From contig CALXVR010000001.1 in the NCBI GenBank assembly GCA_944392155.1, positions 18,309 through 82,308 of the forward strand: 64,000 nucleotides of DNA. Direction: 5' to 3'. The number at the start of each line of letters is the position of its first letter. Positions within the stretch are counted from its first letter, which is position 1. A program made the translations under genes and the position numbers. This stretch comes from an uncultured Alphaproteobacteria bacterium. GTDB lineage: Bacteria > Pseudomonadota > Alphaproteobacteria > RF32 > CAG-239. Positions 1 through 11,569 of the stretch are shown piece by piece. The notes under the pieces are model-generated. The model made no database searches and had not been told where the DNA came from. It was given only the letters and a program-made list of their open reading frames with translations.

Positions 1-2
1 TT

Positions 3-248
3 GTCATAGATGAATCTTTCCGTCCGGAAGATATCAGAGACAAACTGGCTGCCGCAGAAAGATTTGCTCGTAACAAAGGTATAGTTATTTTGGTTGCAGA
101 ACCCAAGCCGGTGGTTGTGCTGGAAATCCGTAGATGGATAGATAGTTTTTCTCCACAACTAAGCTATAGCGAGATGATAGCACAAAACATTACCGAACCG
201 GAAAGACCTTTTGCTTTGGTTCCTTTATCTAATACCGTTACAGAATAA
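3..248 (+). CDS. 3' end of an upstream gene running off the left edge. Frame-3 translation reads ...VIDESFRPEDIRDKLAAAERFARNKGIVILVAEPKPVVVLEIRRWIDSF...TE*, possibly a divergent polysaccharide deacetylase-like protein as found upstream of rppH in alphaproteobacteria.
   Basis: Open frame from the window edge to TAA at 246-248. The family assignment is a weak recollection of synteny and sequence. Confidence 0.35.
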   Translation, partial: VIDESFRPEDIRDKLAAAERFARNKGIVILVAEPKPVVVLEIRRWIDSFSPQLSYSEMIAQNITEPERPFALVPLSNTVTE

Positions 249-261
249 AAAGAGAAATAAA

Positions 262-729
262 ATGAGTGGATTATATCGTCAATGTGCCTCCGCCGTCGTT
301 TTCAACAAATCAGGTTTGGTTTTGGTCTGTGCGCGCAATGACCAGATACATGATGACTGGCAATTTCCGCAAGGGGGAATAGAACAAGGAGAAACAGGAG
401 CCCAAGCGGCGCAACGAGAGCTTTTTGAAGAAACTTCGGTTAAATCTGTTGAGCTCGTGACGAGTATAGAAGAAGGGATGCGTTATTCATTTCCCGATTT
501 TATCTTAAAAAACAGAGAAAAACGCGGCATTTATAATCTTGGACAAGATATGCATTGGAGCTTGTTCCGCTTCGTTGGTGAAGATAGTGAAATCAACCTA
601 AATACGGCAGAACCGGAGTTCAAAAAATATGAATGGGTAACCTTGGATGAAGCTGTTGAACGTGTTGTTGATTTCAAAAAAGAAGTCTATGCCAAGATGG
701 CAAAGGTTTTTAAGCCCTATATCGGTTAA
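262..729 (+). CDS. rppH: RNA pyrophosphohydrolase / NUDIX hydrolase (RppH/NudH-like)
   Basis: The NUDIX box REx2EExG is present (AQRELFEETSV). The N-terminus resembles RppH (YRQCASAVVFNKSG...DDWQFPQGGIEQGE). The ORF-track start at 211 was trimmed to the internal Met at 262. Confidence 0.75.
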   Translation: MSGLYRQCASAVVFNKSGLVLVCARNDQIHDDWQFPQGGIEQGETGAQAAQRELFEETSVKSVELVTSIEEGMRYSFPDFILKNREKRGIYNLGQDMHWSLFRFVGEDSEINLNTAEPEFKKYEWVTLDEAVERVVDFKKEVYAKMAKVFKPYIG

Positions 730-800
730 ATTTTTTATAGCATAAGACCGGAAAATATGCTATACTCCGACAAAAGCGTAAAAATCGGAGCCGTTAAATA

Positions 801-1601
801 ATGGACGCTAATCAAAAATTTCAAAAAATAATACGTAATTTCATCCATCGTGCTGCTGATGCAAAAATTGTTTCGGAGATTCCTCTGGCGCAAGAACAAT
901 TAAATGCGTTGCAAGAGCTGAATCGTTATTGCGTTAATCAGGTCTTAAATGATACGGAAGTAGTTTATGACCCGCGGAAAATAAATTATAAAAGCAATCA
1001 GGAGCTCAAAGCCGCGCTGGTAGCGATGTTGTTGAGCCGCGCCCTAACAGACCCGTCGCGCCGCAGAATAGAAAATAAAGAATATTTTGCTGAAAATATC
1101 ACGGTTTACATGCAAGATGATGATACCAAAGTATTGGGTTTCGGCGAACTAGCTCCTTATCAGGTTCAGGAAAGCTTGTATCCCGAAATTATTAATGATT
1201 GGATGATTTATCGTGATAATGCGGGCTTGGGAATCAAAGCTTTAATTGATAACAAGACAAATCTGGTTGGGTTGGATACTTATCGTGCCGGCGGCGACCC
1301 AATATATGAGTTTGCGCGTTTTCATCGCAAATATACCGAGAAAGAACACGAGAAAGAAGAAAAACGCCGCGAGAGCGCACAAGAGGCTCTGCGCAATGCT
1401 TTGGTTCAGAGCTTAGCGGCGGAAGTTTCCAAACAACAGCTTTTGGCAGGGCAAGACCCCTTGGCATTGATAGACAGATTATTGTCTTCCGGCGGGCAAT
1501 ATAAACCGCAGCAAAAAATACAGCAGATAGACAAGCAAATAGAAAATGATATAACCCGTTTGCTGGAATATGATGATAGAGATAATAGTCGTCAAAGATA
1601 A
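801..1601 (+). CDS. Hypothetical 266-aa protein, lineage-specific, with a charged C-terminal half.
   Basis: Long ORF in an AT-rich genome with a terminator immediately downstream. No motif recognised. Confidence 0.55.
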   Translation: MDANQKFQKIIRNFIHRAADAKIVSEIPLAQEQLNALQELNRYCVNQVLNDTEVVYDPRKINYKSNQELKAALVAMLLSRALTDPSRRRIENKEYFAENITVYMQDDDTKVLGFGELAPYQVQESLYPEIINDWMIYRDNAGLGIKALIDNKTNLVGLDTYRAGGDPIYEFARFHRKYTEKEHEKEEKRRESAQEALRNALVQSLAAEVSKQQLLAGQDPLALIDRLLSSGGQYKPQQKIQQIDKQIENDITRLLEYDDRDNSRQR

Positions 1602-1605
1602 ACAA

Positions 1606-1631
1606 AAAGCTCCCGAAAGGGAGCTTTTTTA
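1606..1631. terminator. Bidirectional rho-independent terminator between the convergent genes at 801..1601 and 1632..3869.
   Basis: Hairpin agctccc-gaaa-gggagct flanked by an A-run on the 5' side and a T-run on the 3' side. Confidence 0.7.
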
Positions 1632-3869
1632 CTAAGGTTGTCTTTGGTGTCCGCGTTGATATTGATTTTGCGGAGCCGGAGGCAGTTTTGAAAAATCAAT
1701 CGGCGTATATCCGGCGACAATATTTTTCATGCCGCTTATGCCTCGAGGATATTCTTGGGCAACAAAGTTTTCAAATCTTGTCGCGATGGCATCCCATTTA
1801 GCTCTTTGCGGATCTGTGGCATCGGGAATGATACCGTCAAACATTTTGTTCTCAAACAAATCGGGCTTTCTGCCGTTATAATAAGCACCCAAATGTTTTT
1901 CATAGAGCTTATGCGCGCAATAAGCTTCAAGGGCATTGAAAATATATTTTTTCTCAAAATCAAGATTACCTGACAAGCCGAAACATTGCGAAGCATTTGT
2001 TCCGGCCGGCAGAATATTTTCATTTATGGCTTGAGCTAAAATAAAGGATTCGCTTTTCGCATCGGAAAGGCTGCCAAAACTAGCCGGACAAATACCTTCT
2101 ACCGTTCCGTGCGGATATTGGGTTTCAAACAAACCTTGCAGATAAATTCTGCCGCTGACCACACGGTTAAACATTGTTTCTGAGCCAACCTGGTCTGTAT
2201 AAACCGGAGGCTTAGGAATATTTTGCCCAAAGCGCAAATTAATCTCTCGGCTAAGCTTTCTGGCGTCTTCATAGCTCCCGACATAAATAGTCATTCCTTT
2301 GCCGTTTTCGCCGCCTTTATAAACCTTATGCTCAACATCCAGCTTTTCCAACATTTCGGAAACAGCTTTGGTTGTCGGGTCGTTGCGGTTGGGAACCACA
2401 TCCAAATGCAACTTCCACGCTGCCGCATTCTTACGGCTTTTACTCTTGTAGTAATAGTCTTCAGGTTTTAAGCCTGTGCGTGCGGTATGTTCCGCCGTAC
2501 GAGGATCAATACTGTCGCCTGTGCGTTGAACGGCTCTCTCAAACTCCTCATCAGATTTTTTATCCAAGCGCGCATAGTTAAGCATTTTTTCTTCAAAAGA
2601 AGACAGAGGTCCGAGCTTTTCTTTTTGTTCCAAACGCACAATCGTCTTGTTGCGACTGATAATATAAGGCTTGGCGTTCTGGTTTTGGTTCTGATTCTGG
2701 TTTTGATTTTGGGTCAAAGCTTCAATTTTTTGTCTGGTTGCGGCATCAACATCCTTGAAAAATCCCTCATTCAGCTCCGGCATATTCACAATCTTCATCG
2801 GCGGGTTAGCGCTCAGGCAAGCCAACACCATTCTGGCTCTGAACTCAGGTGTTTTAATATCAGCCAACTTAATGGCAGACATATTATTTTTGCGTGCATA
2901 TTTAACCAAGTCATCAAAATGTTCCTGATTCGGCACCTGGTTGTTGCCGTTTTTGTCTGCTGCAGAAAGAGAAATATTATCAACACTTGATGCTTCAATA
3001 TTGGTAACCGAACCATCATTAGCCTTAAGCTGCGCCTGAAAATTTTTGGCAGCCTCATTCTCAGCATATTGTAAGCCACGGTCATTAGCGGTTTGCGTAT
3101 AAAACTCACGCAACGGCTTTTTCCAAGAGGGGTCAACGTGGTTTGTATCATCCAAGCTGGTTGAATTGACATTCAAAGAATTTTCATTTTCTAAGAGCTG
3201 CTGCAGATTCTCACGCATAGCCTCCATACATTCATCACAAAAGGGCTTGTCTAAAAAATGATTGATACCGATAGGAGCAGCATCCATCAAGCAATCCACA
3301 TTAGTACAATGTTGTCCGCCTTGTTCAATAATGTTGCTTCTGCCTCTGTAAGTAGCACGGAAGACGTGGCCAAGTTCATGTTTAACAATGTTTTTGAAGA
3401 GCTCTTTTTTAGAATCATCAAAATTTTTGACCGAGATACCAAAACCTAAATTCTGCACACCATAACCGGCACAATTATCAAAACCGTCATTAACCAACGT
3501 AAGGGTAATAGGTTTTTCGGCATCATTGGCATCAGCATGCAGCTTAACCAAAAGCTCGGCATCAAAGCCGTTGTTTTCGGAAAGCATTTTTGCACGTTCA
3601 ATATACCAATCTGTTGAGGCGTAAGGTACCAAATATCTGCCGGAAGGCAGTCTGATATAAAGGTCTTTTTCATCACCAAGGGTTAAGGCATCAAAAGCGG
3701 CTTGGTCAATCTCACTACCCTGGGGTTTATAATTACCTCTGGCAACGACTTCAAACTTGTCCTTAAACTCCGGAAACAGATTGAGCATTTCATCAAGGGC
3801 TTCTTGTGTCCAGAGATTAAATTTCGGGTCAACACCCGTCTGATTTTCAAGTATAATTTTTTTGACCAT
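1632..3869 (-). CDS. 745-aa protein. The N-terminal ~230 aa carry an archaemetzincin-like (peptidase M54-like) zinc metalloprotease signature. A QN repeat and an unrecognised ~450-aa C-terminal region follow.
   Basis: HELGH is followed by ...GGQHCTNVDCLMD...FCDECMEAM, which is HEXXH ... HC-x4-C-x-M ... C-x2-C. The archaemetzincin consensus is HEXXHXXGX3CX4CXMX17CXXC, and this copy has an insertion after HEXXH. A (QN)6 tract lies mid-protein. Confidence 0.7.
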   Translation of the reverse strand: MVKKIILENQTGVDPKFNLWTQEALDEMLNLFPEFKDKFEVVARGNYKPQGSEIDQAAFDALTLGDEKDLYIRLPSGRYLVPYASTDWYIERAKMLSENNGFDAELLVKLHADANDAEKPITLTLVNDGFDNCAGYGVQNLGFGISVKNFDDSKKELFKNIVKHELGHVFRATYRGRSNIIEQGGQHCTNVDCLMDAAPIGINHFLDKPFCDECMEAMRENLQQLLENENSLNVNSTSLDDTNHVDPSWKKPLREFYTQTANDRGLQYAENEAAKNFQAQLKANDGSVTNIEASSVDNISLSAADKNGNNQVPNQEHFDDLVKYARKNNMSAIKLADIKTPEFRARMVLACLSANPPMKIVNMPELNEGFFKDVDAATRQKIEALTQNQNQNQNQNQNAKPYIISRNKTIVRLEQKEKLGPLSSFEEKMLNYARLDKKSDEEFERAVQRTGDSIDPRTAEHTARTGLKPEDYYYKSKSRKNAAAWKLHLDVVPNRNDPTTKAVSEMLEKLDVEHKVYKGGENGKGMTIYVGSYEDARKLSREINLRFGQNIPKPPVYTDQVGSETMFNRVVSGRIYLQGLFETQYPHGTVEGICPASFGSLSDAKSESFILAQAINENILPAGTNASQCFGLSGNLDFEKKYIFNALEAYCAHKLYEKHLGAYYNGRKPDLFENKMFDGIIPDATDPQRAKWDAIATRFENFVAQEYPRGISGMKNIVAGYTPIDFSKLPPAPQNQYQRGHQRQP

Positions 3870-4052
3870 TTTTAATGCCTGCGAGAAGTTAATTTATCAA
3901 TATTTCCGAACTATACCACGGATTTCGAGTTTTGTCTATAATGTTTTGTCTAAAAATATAAAATTTCTGTTCAAAACATAGGATAAAACTGAATATTTGC
4001 TTGGTTCAAAAACGAGTTTGTTGTATATTCTATGAAGCAAAATTTATAATAA

Positions 4053-6512
<2,460 letters not shown>

Positions 6513-6533
6513 TCTTCCACACATCAAAGAACA

Positions 6534-6562
6534 AAGCCCCGCTTTTTAGCGGGGCTTTTCTT
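6534..6562. terminator. Bidirectional intrinsic terminator between gyrB and nadE.
   Basis: agccccgc-tttttag-cggggct hairpin followed by a T-run. Confidence 0.7.
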
Positions 6563-7340
6563 ATATCTCAAGTGCTGTTGCCAATTGTTTACGCTTAAAA
6601 GCTTGCGCATGGTAGCGTTTAATCACCCAAGCCACTGTTTGCGGGTCAAAACCGGCATCTATAATAGCTTTTTCATCTTGCTTATTATCAATATACAGCG
6701 CCAAAATCTTGTCCAAAATCTCATAGGGAGGCAAGCTGTCTTGGTCTTTTTGGTTAGGCGAGAGTTCCGCTGTCGGCACACGCACAATCACTTCCGCCGG
6801 CATAACCAAAGACTGTTTGTTGCGCCATTTAGCAAGCTCATAAACTTGCGTTTTATAAAGATTGGCTATCGGAGCCAAGCCGCCGCAAGTATCGCCGTAT
6901 AAGGTGCAATATCCCATTGCGATTTCTGACTTGTTTCCACAGGCTAACAACAGATAATTATATTGATTGGACATTGCCATAAGGATTTTTCCGCGTTCAC
7001 GCGCTTGCAAGTTTTCCAGAACAATATTTTTAGGTTCTTCTTCAAAAACAGAAGAAAGAAAAGCCTTTTGACTGTCAATAATCGGCTGAATATCAATGTT
7101 TTTATACTCAAATCCGTTTAAGCGGGCAATTTCTGCAGCAATTTGTGTGCTGAGCGATGAAGTGTTTTTGGTACGCATCATCAAACAATGAACATGTTTT
7201 GCGCCCAAAGCATCAACGGCGATGGCGGCGGTTAACGCGGAATCTATCCCGCCTGAAAGTCCGATAACAACATCCGAAAAACCATTTTCTTCGCAATATT
7301 TCTTCAAACCATTGGTTAGTTTGTTCCAAATTTCCTGCAT
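6561..7340 (-). CDS. nadE: NH3-dependent NAD+ synthetase
   Basis: PP-loop SGGIDS motif (GLSGGIDSALTAAIAV). Length and overall similarity fit NadE. Confidence 0.85.
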   Translation of the reverse strand: MQEIWNKLTNGLKKYCEENGFSDVVIGLSGGIDSALTAAIAVDALGAKHVHCLMMRTKNTSSLSTQIAAEIARLNGFEYKNIDIQPIIDSQKAFLSSVFEEEPKNIVLENLQARERGKILMAMSNQYNYLLLACGNKSEIAMGYCTLYGDTCGGLAPIANLYKTQVYELAKWRNKQSLVMPAEVIVRVPTAELSPNQKDQDSLPPYEILDKILALYIDNKQDEKAIIDAGFDPQTVAWVIKRYHAQAFKRKQLATALEI

Positions 7341-7891
7341 TAAATAACCCCTTTGTTCTGATTACTAAGATAAGCCTCAACCATAGCATGGTTAAGCGGA
7401 TTAACAAAGTCTTTCCACCGGCGGTCGCCAATCGTCATCATATCGCGCACCATAGAGCCGGAAACATATGGAAAACTATAATCCGTTCGGTCAATAATCT
7501 CAAAATTTTCAAAGATATTCTTAAACCATTGTGCGTCATAACCGCTGCCGGCAAAATAAACATCAGGTTTTTCCAAAGTCGGAAAAGCCTCTTGCAAAAA
7601 GTCTAGTACGAAATTTCCCCATTCCGTTGGGTTATTGATATCAAACAAGCCGATGACTAACAACCGTTTTGCCTCAATTTCAGAACCAAACACATTTTTA
7701 ATCATCTGTTTGCGTTCGGTGTAGCTGAATGGGTTTCGCGTTGTACCTTGCTCCTGAATGGAGCCGAGGATAAGCGTAACTTTGGCGCATTTTTTGAGCA
7801 TATCCCGAATAACTTTTTCATGCCCGATATGCAAAGGCTGTGCCCGCATAACCGCCAAACCATGCTTATATTGATAATTTTCAGACATCAT
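7340..7891 (-). CDS. Nicotinamide-nucleotide adenylyltransferase of the NadM/archaeal type (cytidylyltransferase fold)
   Basis: HxGH motif in RAQPLHIGHEKVIRD. Adjacent to and overlapping nadE. Start trimmed to ATG ATG after a ggagg RBS; the 5' part of the ORF-track call translates as low-complexity junk. Confidence 0.6.
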   Translation of the reverse strand: MMSENYQYKHGLAVMRAQPLHIGHEKVIRDMLKKCAKVTLILGSIQEQGTTRNPFSYTERKQMIKNVFGSEIEAKRLLVIGLFDINNPTEWGNFVLDFLQEAFPTLEKPDVYFAGSGYDAQWFKNIFENFEIIDRTDYSFPYVSGSMVRDMMTIGDRRWKDFVNPLNHAMVEAYLSNQNKGVI

Positions 7892-8012
7892 ATTTCCTCC
7901 AAGTTGCCTTAAAGTATGGCGGCAAAGTTGCAAAATTGCAAATATAAAATGTTGACTCCGCGCATACTCCCGCCTAAACTTCAAACAGAATTTTTCAAAT
8001 AAGGTAATGCCG

Positions 8013-9140
8013 ATGAAATCAAGATATTTACTTGGCTTAATGAGCCTGATGTTTGCTTCTTCCGCCAATGCGGGAGAATGGAATTTTGATGTTTCGGGAA
8101 GTGCGAACGCGTTGTATGGCTACAGCGATGTTTCTGCCCGCTATGAAAAATATAATGACAACAACCACACCCCGTCAGATATTAATATTAGCCTTGCCGC
8201 CGAATATGCTTTTGACAATCCGTCATATCAGTTGGGAATGTATCTTGATGTAATGGCCGGAGCAGATAAGGAACTGGAAGATTATACGCAAGGAAAATGG
8301 GGTGAAGAAGCCTATGCTATTTTAGATACGCCTATGGGACGTTTGATGGGCGGACAAACTTATAATGTTGCTTATCAGTTTGGGGTCGGTGCGCCTTCTG
8401 TCGGTCCTTTGGGTGTCAACAACAGCGATATTGTAGATTTCATCGCCAACCCGAACTGGCAGCGTAATAAGAAGGGAACAGCCTATCGTACGCTTAATTC
8501 CACAGACATCAACACGGATGGCGTTGCCCCGAAAATCAGCTATATTTCACCCGAATTTTATCACACCATTTTGGGTTTAACCTATGTGCCGGATGTCTAT
8601 TCGCGCACGGGTCTGGTCAGCCGCTATGCGGATTATAAAAACGAGGATGGCTATATTGCATCTTTGTATAATCAGACGGAACTGGGAAGTTTTAATTTAG
8701 AAACGTCTTTGGGTTTTGCAACCTTTGCCGATGATGATAAAGAATTTTCTGCCGGCATGCGCGTTTCTCACGGCAACTGGACATTAGGCGGAGCTTATCG
8801 CCGCACTTATGTTGATGGGAATGATTATCCGCAAAACTTGCGCCGCAATCCGCTTCGGGAGCCGGAGTTTTTTGACTCTTATCGCGAAGGCTATGCTTGG
8901 AACATCGGCTTAGGCTATGCCATCGGTCCTTATGAGGTTGCCTTAAGTTATTTCAATTCCAAAGCGGACAATACCGACAACGAGGACCGCATTGTGCAGT
9001 TTTCCAACCAATATCAACTCAACAAATATGTTGATTTATACCTAATTGCCGCGCATGTGGATTACCAGGGCGCAGATGATGATGCCCACAACAATTCGCA
9101 GGGTTACGCTTTCATAACCGGTTTGGGTGTCAATTTCTAA
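8013..9140 (+). CDS. Outer-membrane porin (alphaproteobacterial porin-like beta-barrel)
   Basis: Signal peptide MKSRYLLGLMSLMFASSANA|GEW. Aromatic and glycine-rich alternating pattern with a C-terminal ...GLGVNF, and a terminal Phe typical of OMPs. Confidence 0.65.
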   Translation: MKSRYLLGLMSLMFASSANAGEWNFDVSGSANALYGYSDVSARYEKYNDNNHTPSDINISLAAEYAFDNPSYQLGMYLDVMAGADKELEDYTQGKWGEEAYAILDTPMGRLMGGQTYNVAYQFGVGAPSVGPLGVNNSDIVDFIANPNWQRNKKGTAYRTLNSTDINTDGVAPKISYISPEFYHTILGLTYVPDVYSRTGLVSRYADYKNEDGYIASLYNQTELGSFNLETSLGFATFADDDKEFSAGMRVSHGNWTLGGAYRRTYVDGNDYPQNLRRNPLREPEFFDSYREGYAWNIGLGYAIGPYEVALSYFNSKADNTDNEDRIVQFSNQYQLNKYVDLYLIAAHVDYQGADDDAHNNSQGYAFITGLGVNF

Positions 9141-9153
9141 AAGGGTTTAAGTT

Positions 9154-9780
9154 ATGCCGAATTTACTTTTTATTTCAGACAACGTTTCTTTTGCCGAGGA
9201 TTTATGCGGTCAAATAAAATACCATGCGCCGGAGTTCAATATTCTGACCGAAGATGATGGCGGTGTGCTGGATATTATTATCTTGGACGACAAAGCCTCT
9301 CTTTTGAAAGAGATTCGCGCCAAGCACCCCAAAACACCTGTTTTTATTCTGCAATCCGAAGCAGAAACAACTTTGGAAAGCTCCAATCTGAATATTGTCG
9401 TTAATAAACCTTTGCAACTTGATTCTTTTCTGAATCAGCTTTGCGCCGGCAACAATTTGTTGGATAAATCGGCAGACGGCTATCTGCATTTTAACAATTA
9501 TGAGCTCAGACCCATAGCTAAGGAGATTTTAAACCGGCGCAACAATGAGGTAATAAAGCTGACGGAAAAAGAAGTTTCCATTATCAAGTATTTATATAGA
9601 GCCAAAGACAAAATCGTTGGCAAAAATGAGCTTTTGCAAGAGGTTTGGGGATATAGTCCCGATGTCAGCACTCATACGATAGAAACGCATATCTATCGTC
9701 TGCGCCAAAAAGTAGAGCATGATAATCCTGATGCTCAGTTGATAATGACCGAAGACGGTGGATATAAATTGAAAATGTAG
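9154..9780 (+). CDS. Atypical OmpR/PhoB-family response regulator with a degenerate receiver domain and a winged-helix DNA-binding domain
   Basis: C-terminal Trans_reg_C-like region (ELRPIAKEIL...LTEKEVSIIKYL...THTIETHIYRLRQK). The N-terminal receiver-like region lacks the usual DD acidic pocket. Confidence 0.65.
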   Translation: MPNLLFISDNVSFAEDLCGQIKYHAPEFNILTEDDGGVLDIIILDDKASLLKEIRAKHPKTPVFILQSEAETTLESSNLNIVVNKPLQLDSFLNQLCAGNNLLDKSADGYLHFNNYELRPIAKEILNRRNNEVIKLTEKEVSIIKYLYRAKDKIVGKNELLQEVWGYSPDVSTHTIETHIYRLRQKVEHDNPDAQLIMTEDGGYKLKM

Positions 9781-9784
9781 CTTC

Positions 9785-10597
9785 CTAAAGCGATATTTCC
9801 GCCACCACCGGCACATGGTCGGATGGGCGCTCCAAACTACGCATTTCTTTTAAGATTTTGACACCGACCAAGCGCGATTCTAGGGCAGGGGTTGTCCATA
9901 TATGGTCCAAGCGCCGACCTTTATTGTTGGTTTGCCAGTTCGGATTGCGATAACTCCACCATGAATAAATTTTTTCCGGCTCGGGATGAAAATGGCGGAC
10001 AACATCAACAAAATCCAAAGAATTTTTTAATCTGGTCAGACGTTCAACCTCAACCGGCGTATGCGAAATAATCTTAAGCATTTGCTTATGATTCCAAACA
10101 TCGTTTGGCAAAGGAGCAACGTTAAAATCGCCGCAGACAATCATTTTTTTGTTGGCATAAACATCTTTGTGTTGTTCCCAATATTCCGCTACATCATCCA
10201 TAAAAGTAAGCTTATGCGCAAAAGAAATATTTTCTATCGGATCAGGAATATCTCCGCCTGCCGGAATATAAATATTGTTGATTTCAATATCATCAAAAAC
10301 CTTGGCGCAAATATGTCTGGCATCTTTTTTGCCGACCCAGTTTTTTTGTTCAATATCTTTGAGCGGTGTTTTGGACAATATGCAAACGCCGTTATATCCT
10401 GCCATACCATATAAAGCGATATACGGATAACCGAGAGCTTTAATCACCTCAAACGGAAAATCCTCTTCCTTGGCTTTGACCTCTTGTAAACAAATAACAT
10501 CAGGTTGTTCTTGCTCAACCATTTTTTTCAACAAATCCAAACGAATACGAATGGAGTTAACATTCCATGTTGCAAGCCTAAAAGTCCGATTAGTCAT
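9785..10597 (-). CDS. xthA: Exodeoxyribonuclease III (AP endonuclease)
   Basis: ATWNVNSIRIR...LQEVK...GDFNVAP...SDHVPV motifs of the ExoIII/EEP family. Confidence 0.9.
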   Translation of the reverse strand: MTNRTFRLATWNVNSIRIRLDLLKKMVEQEQPDVICLQEVKAKEEDFPFEVIKALGYPYIALYGMAGYNGVCILSKTPLKDIEQKNWVGKKDARHICAKVFDDIEINNIYIPAGGDIPDPIENISFAHKLTFMDDVAEYWEQHKDVYANKKMIVCGDFNVAPLPNDVWNHKQMLKIISHTPVEVERLTRLKNSLDFVDVVRHFHPEPEKIYSWWSYRNPNWQTNNKGRRLDHIWTTPALESRLVGVKILKEMRSLERPSDHVPVVAEISL

Positions 10598-11218
10598 TTA
10601 TTTTTTTCTGCCTTTGTAGTTAAGCGGAGAAGATTTTTCTTTTTTGAATTTAAATAAGTCAGCGTCTAGCTTTTGGTCGCGTACGGCATCATATAAGGAA
10701 ACGGTAACCTCCACGCTTTGCGGGTCCACAATTTTCCATTGTTTGAGCTCAAAAGGCTCATTGCTGAAGGTTAAGGTAATCGGACCGATATCGCCTTTTT
10801 CCTTGTAATCTAAGGTAAGGGTTGTAATACCTGCGTCTTTGTAAAAATCCACAACTTTAACCTTTTTGCCGTCAATTTTCACATCATTTGCTAAGATAAG
10901 ACTTGCCGGAATATCGTCATAATCAATATGCGTAACCTGATCAAGCTCCGTGTCGTTATAAACGATAAAATTACCGTCTCCGACAATCAGAACCGAGGTT
11001 GGCGCGTCATAAATCATCCGAATTTTGTTGGGTTTTTGAATATAAAAACGACCTTCAGCCGTATTGCCGTTGCTTGCGGTTTGTACAAAGCGTGCTTCCA
11101 TCGTTTTAATATTATTGAGATAGTTCTCAACTTTTTTAATATCTTCGGCAGTCTGTGCGGCCGCATTTTGCGCCCATAAACAAACACATCCGAGCAACAA
11201 GGCAAAAATCTTTTTCAT
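10598..11218 (-). CDS. lolA: Outer-membrane lipoprotein carrier protein LolA
   Basis: Signal peptide MKKIFALLLGCVCLWAQNAAA. MEARFVQT and IQKPNKIRMIYDAPTSVLIVGDGNFIVYNDTEL align with E. coli LolA SFHASFTQ and VKRPNLFNW...ILVSDGKTLWFYNPFV. Start trimmed to the internal Met. Confidence 0.8.
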   Translation of the reverse strand: MKKIFALLLGCVCLWAQNAAAQTAEDIKKVENYLNNIKTMEARFVQTASNGNTAEGRFYIQKPNKIRMIYDAPTSVLIVGDGNFIVYNDTELDQVTHIDYDDIPASLILANDVKIDGKKVKVVDFYKDAGITTLTLDYKEKGDIGPITLTFSNEPFELKQWKIVDPQSVEVTVSLYDAVRDQKLDADLFKFKKEKSSPLNYKGRKK

Positions 11219-11337
11219 CTTTCCAAATCCCGTTTCAAAAACTGTCTTTAACAATATAATCGCCGGAATCTTTTTTGACAACGAAAAACCTCTGCTTGGC
11301 TAACAACCAAACAGAGGTAGACGTTCAGCGGATAAAA

Positions 11338-11475
11338 TTACTTACCGCAGCCGCAATGTTTGCCGGTATTGGTATTTTGAGAGTTAGAAGTATTGTCGGA
11401 AGAAGAGCTTGCTGATTTTGTAGTATTTTGGTTGCTGTTGTTGCAAGACTTTGTTGTGTTTTTCTCGTTTTTCAT
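11338..11475 (-). CDS. Unannotated small ORF of 45 aa (MKNEKNTTKSCNNSNQNTTKSASSSSDNTSNSQNTNTGKHCGCGK). N/S/T-rich with a Cys-rich C-terminus.
   Basis: Strong RBS agggaga 6 nt before the ATG. An intrinsic terminator (11-bp stem cctctgtttgg/ccaagcagagg plus U-run) follows directly. The ORF sits in a 350-bp gap between lolA and the MTase gene. Confidence 0.35.
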   Translation of the reverse strand: MKNEKNTTKSCNNSNQNTTKSASSSSDNTSNSQNTNTGKHCGCGK

Positions 11476-11569
11476 AATTTTTCTCCCTGTTAAAAGTTGA
11501 AAAAGCGACATAACAAGAGATAATTACGAAATAAGCAGAAACAAGACAGATAAAAAGGCTATAAAAGTT

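Noticed and set aside
1234-1605. 123-aa ORF on the - strand
   Set aside because: It lies entirely inside the 801-1601 + gene and reads across its terminator. It is a shadow ORF. The many 60-170-aa antisense ORFs inside gyrB, dnaA, the Lon-like gene, dnaJ and the yejA-like gene in the ORF track were rejected on the same grounds.
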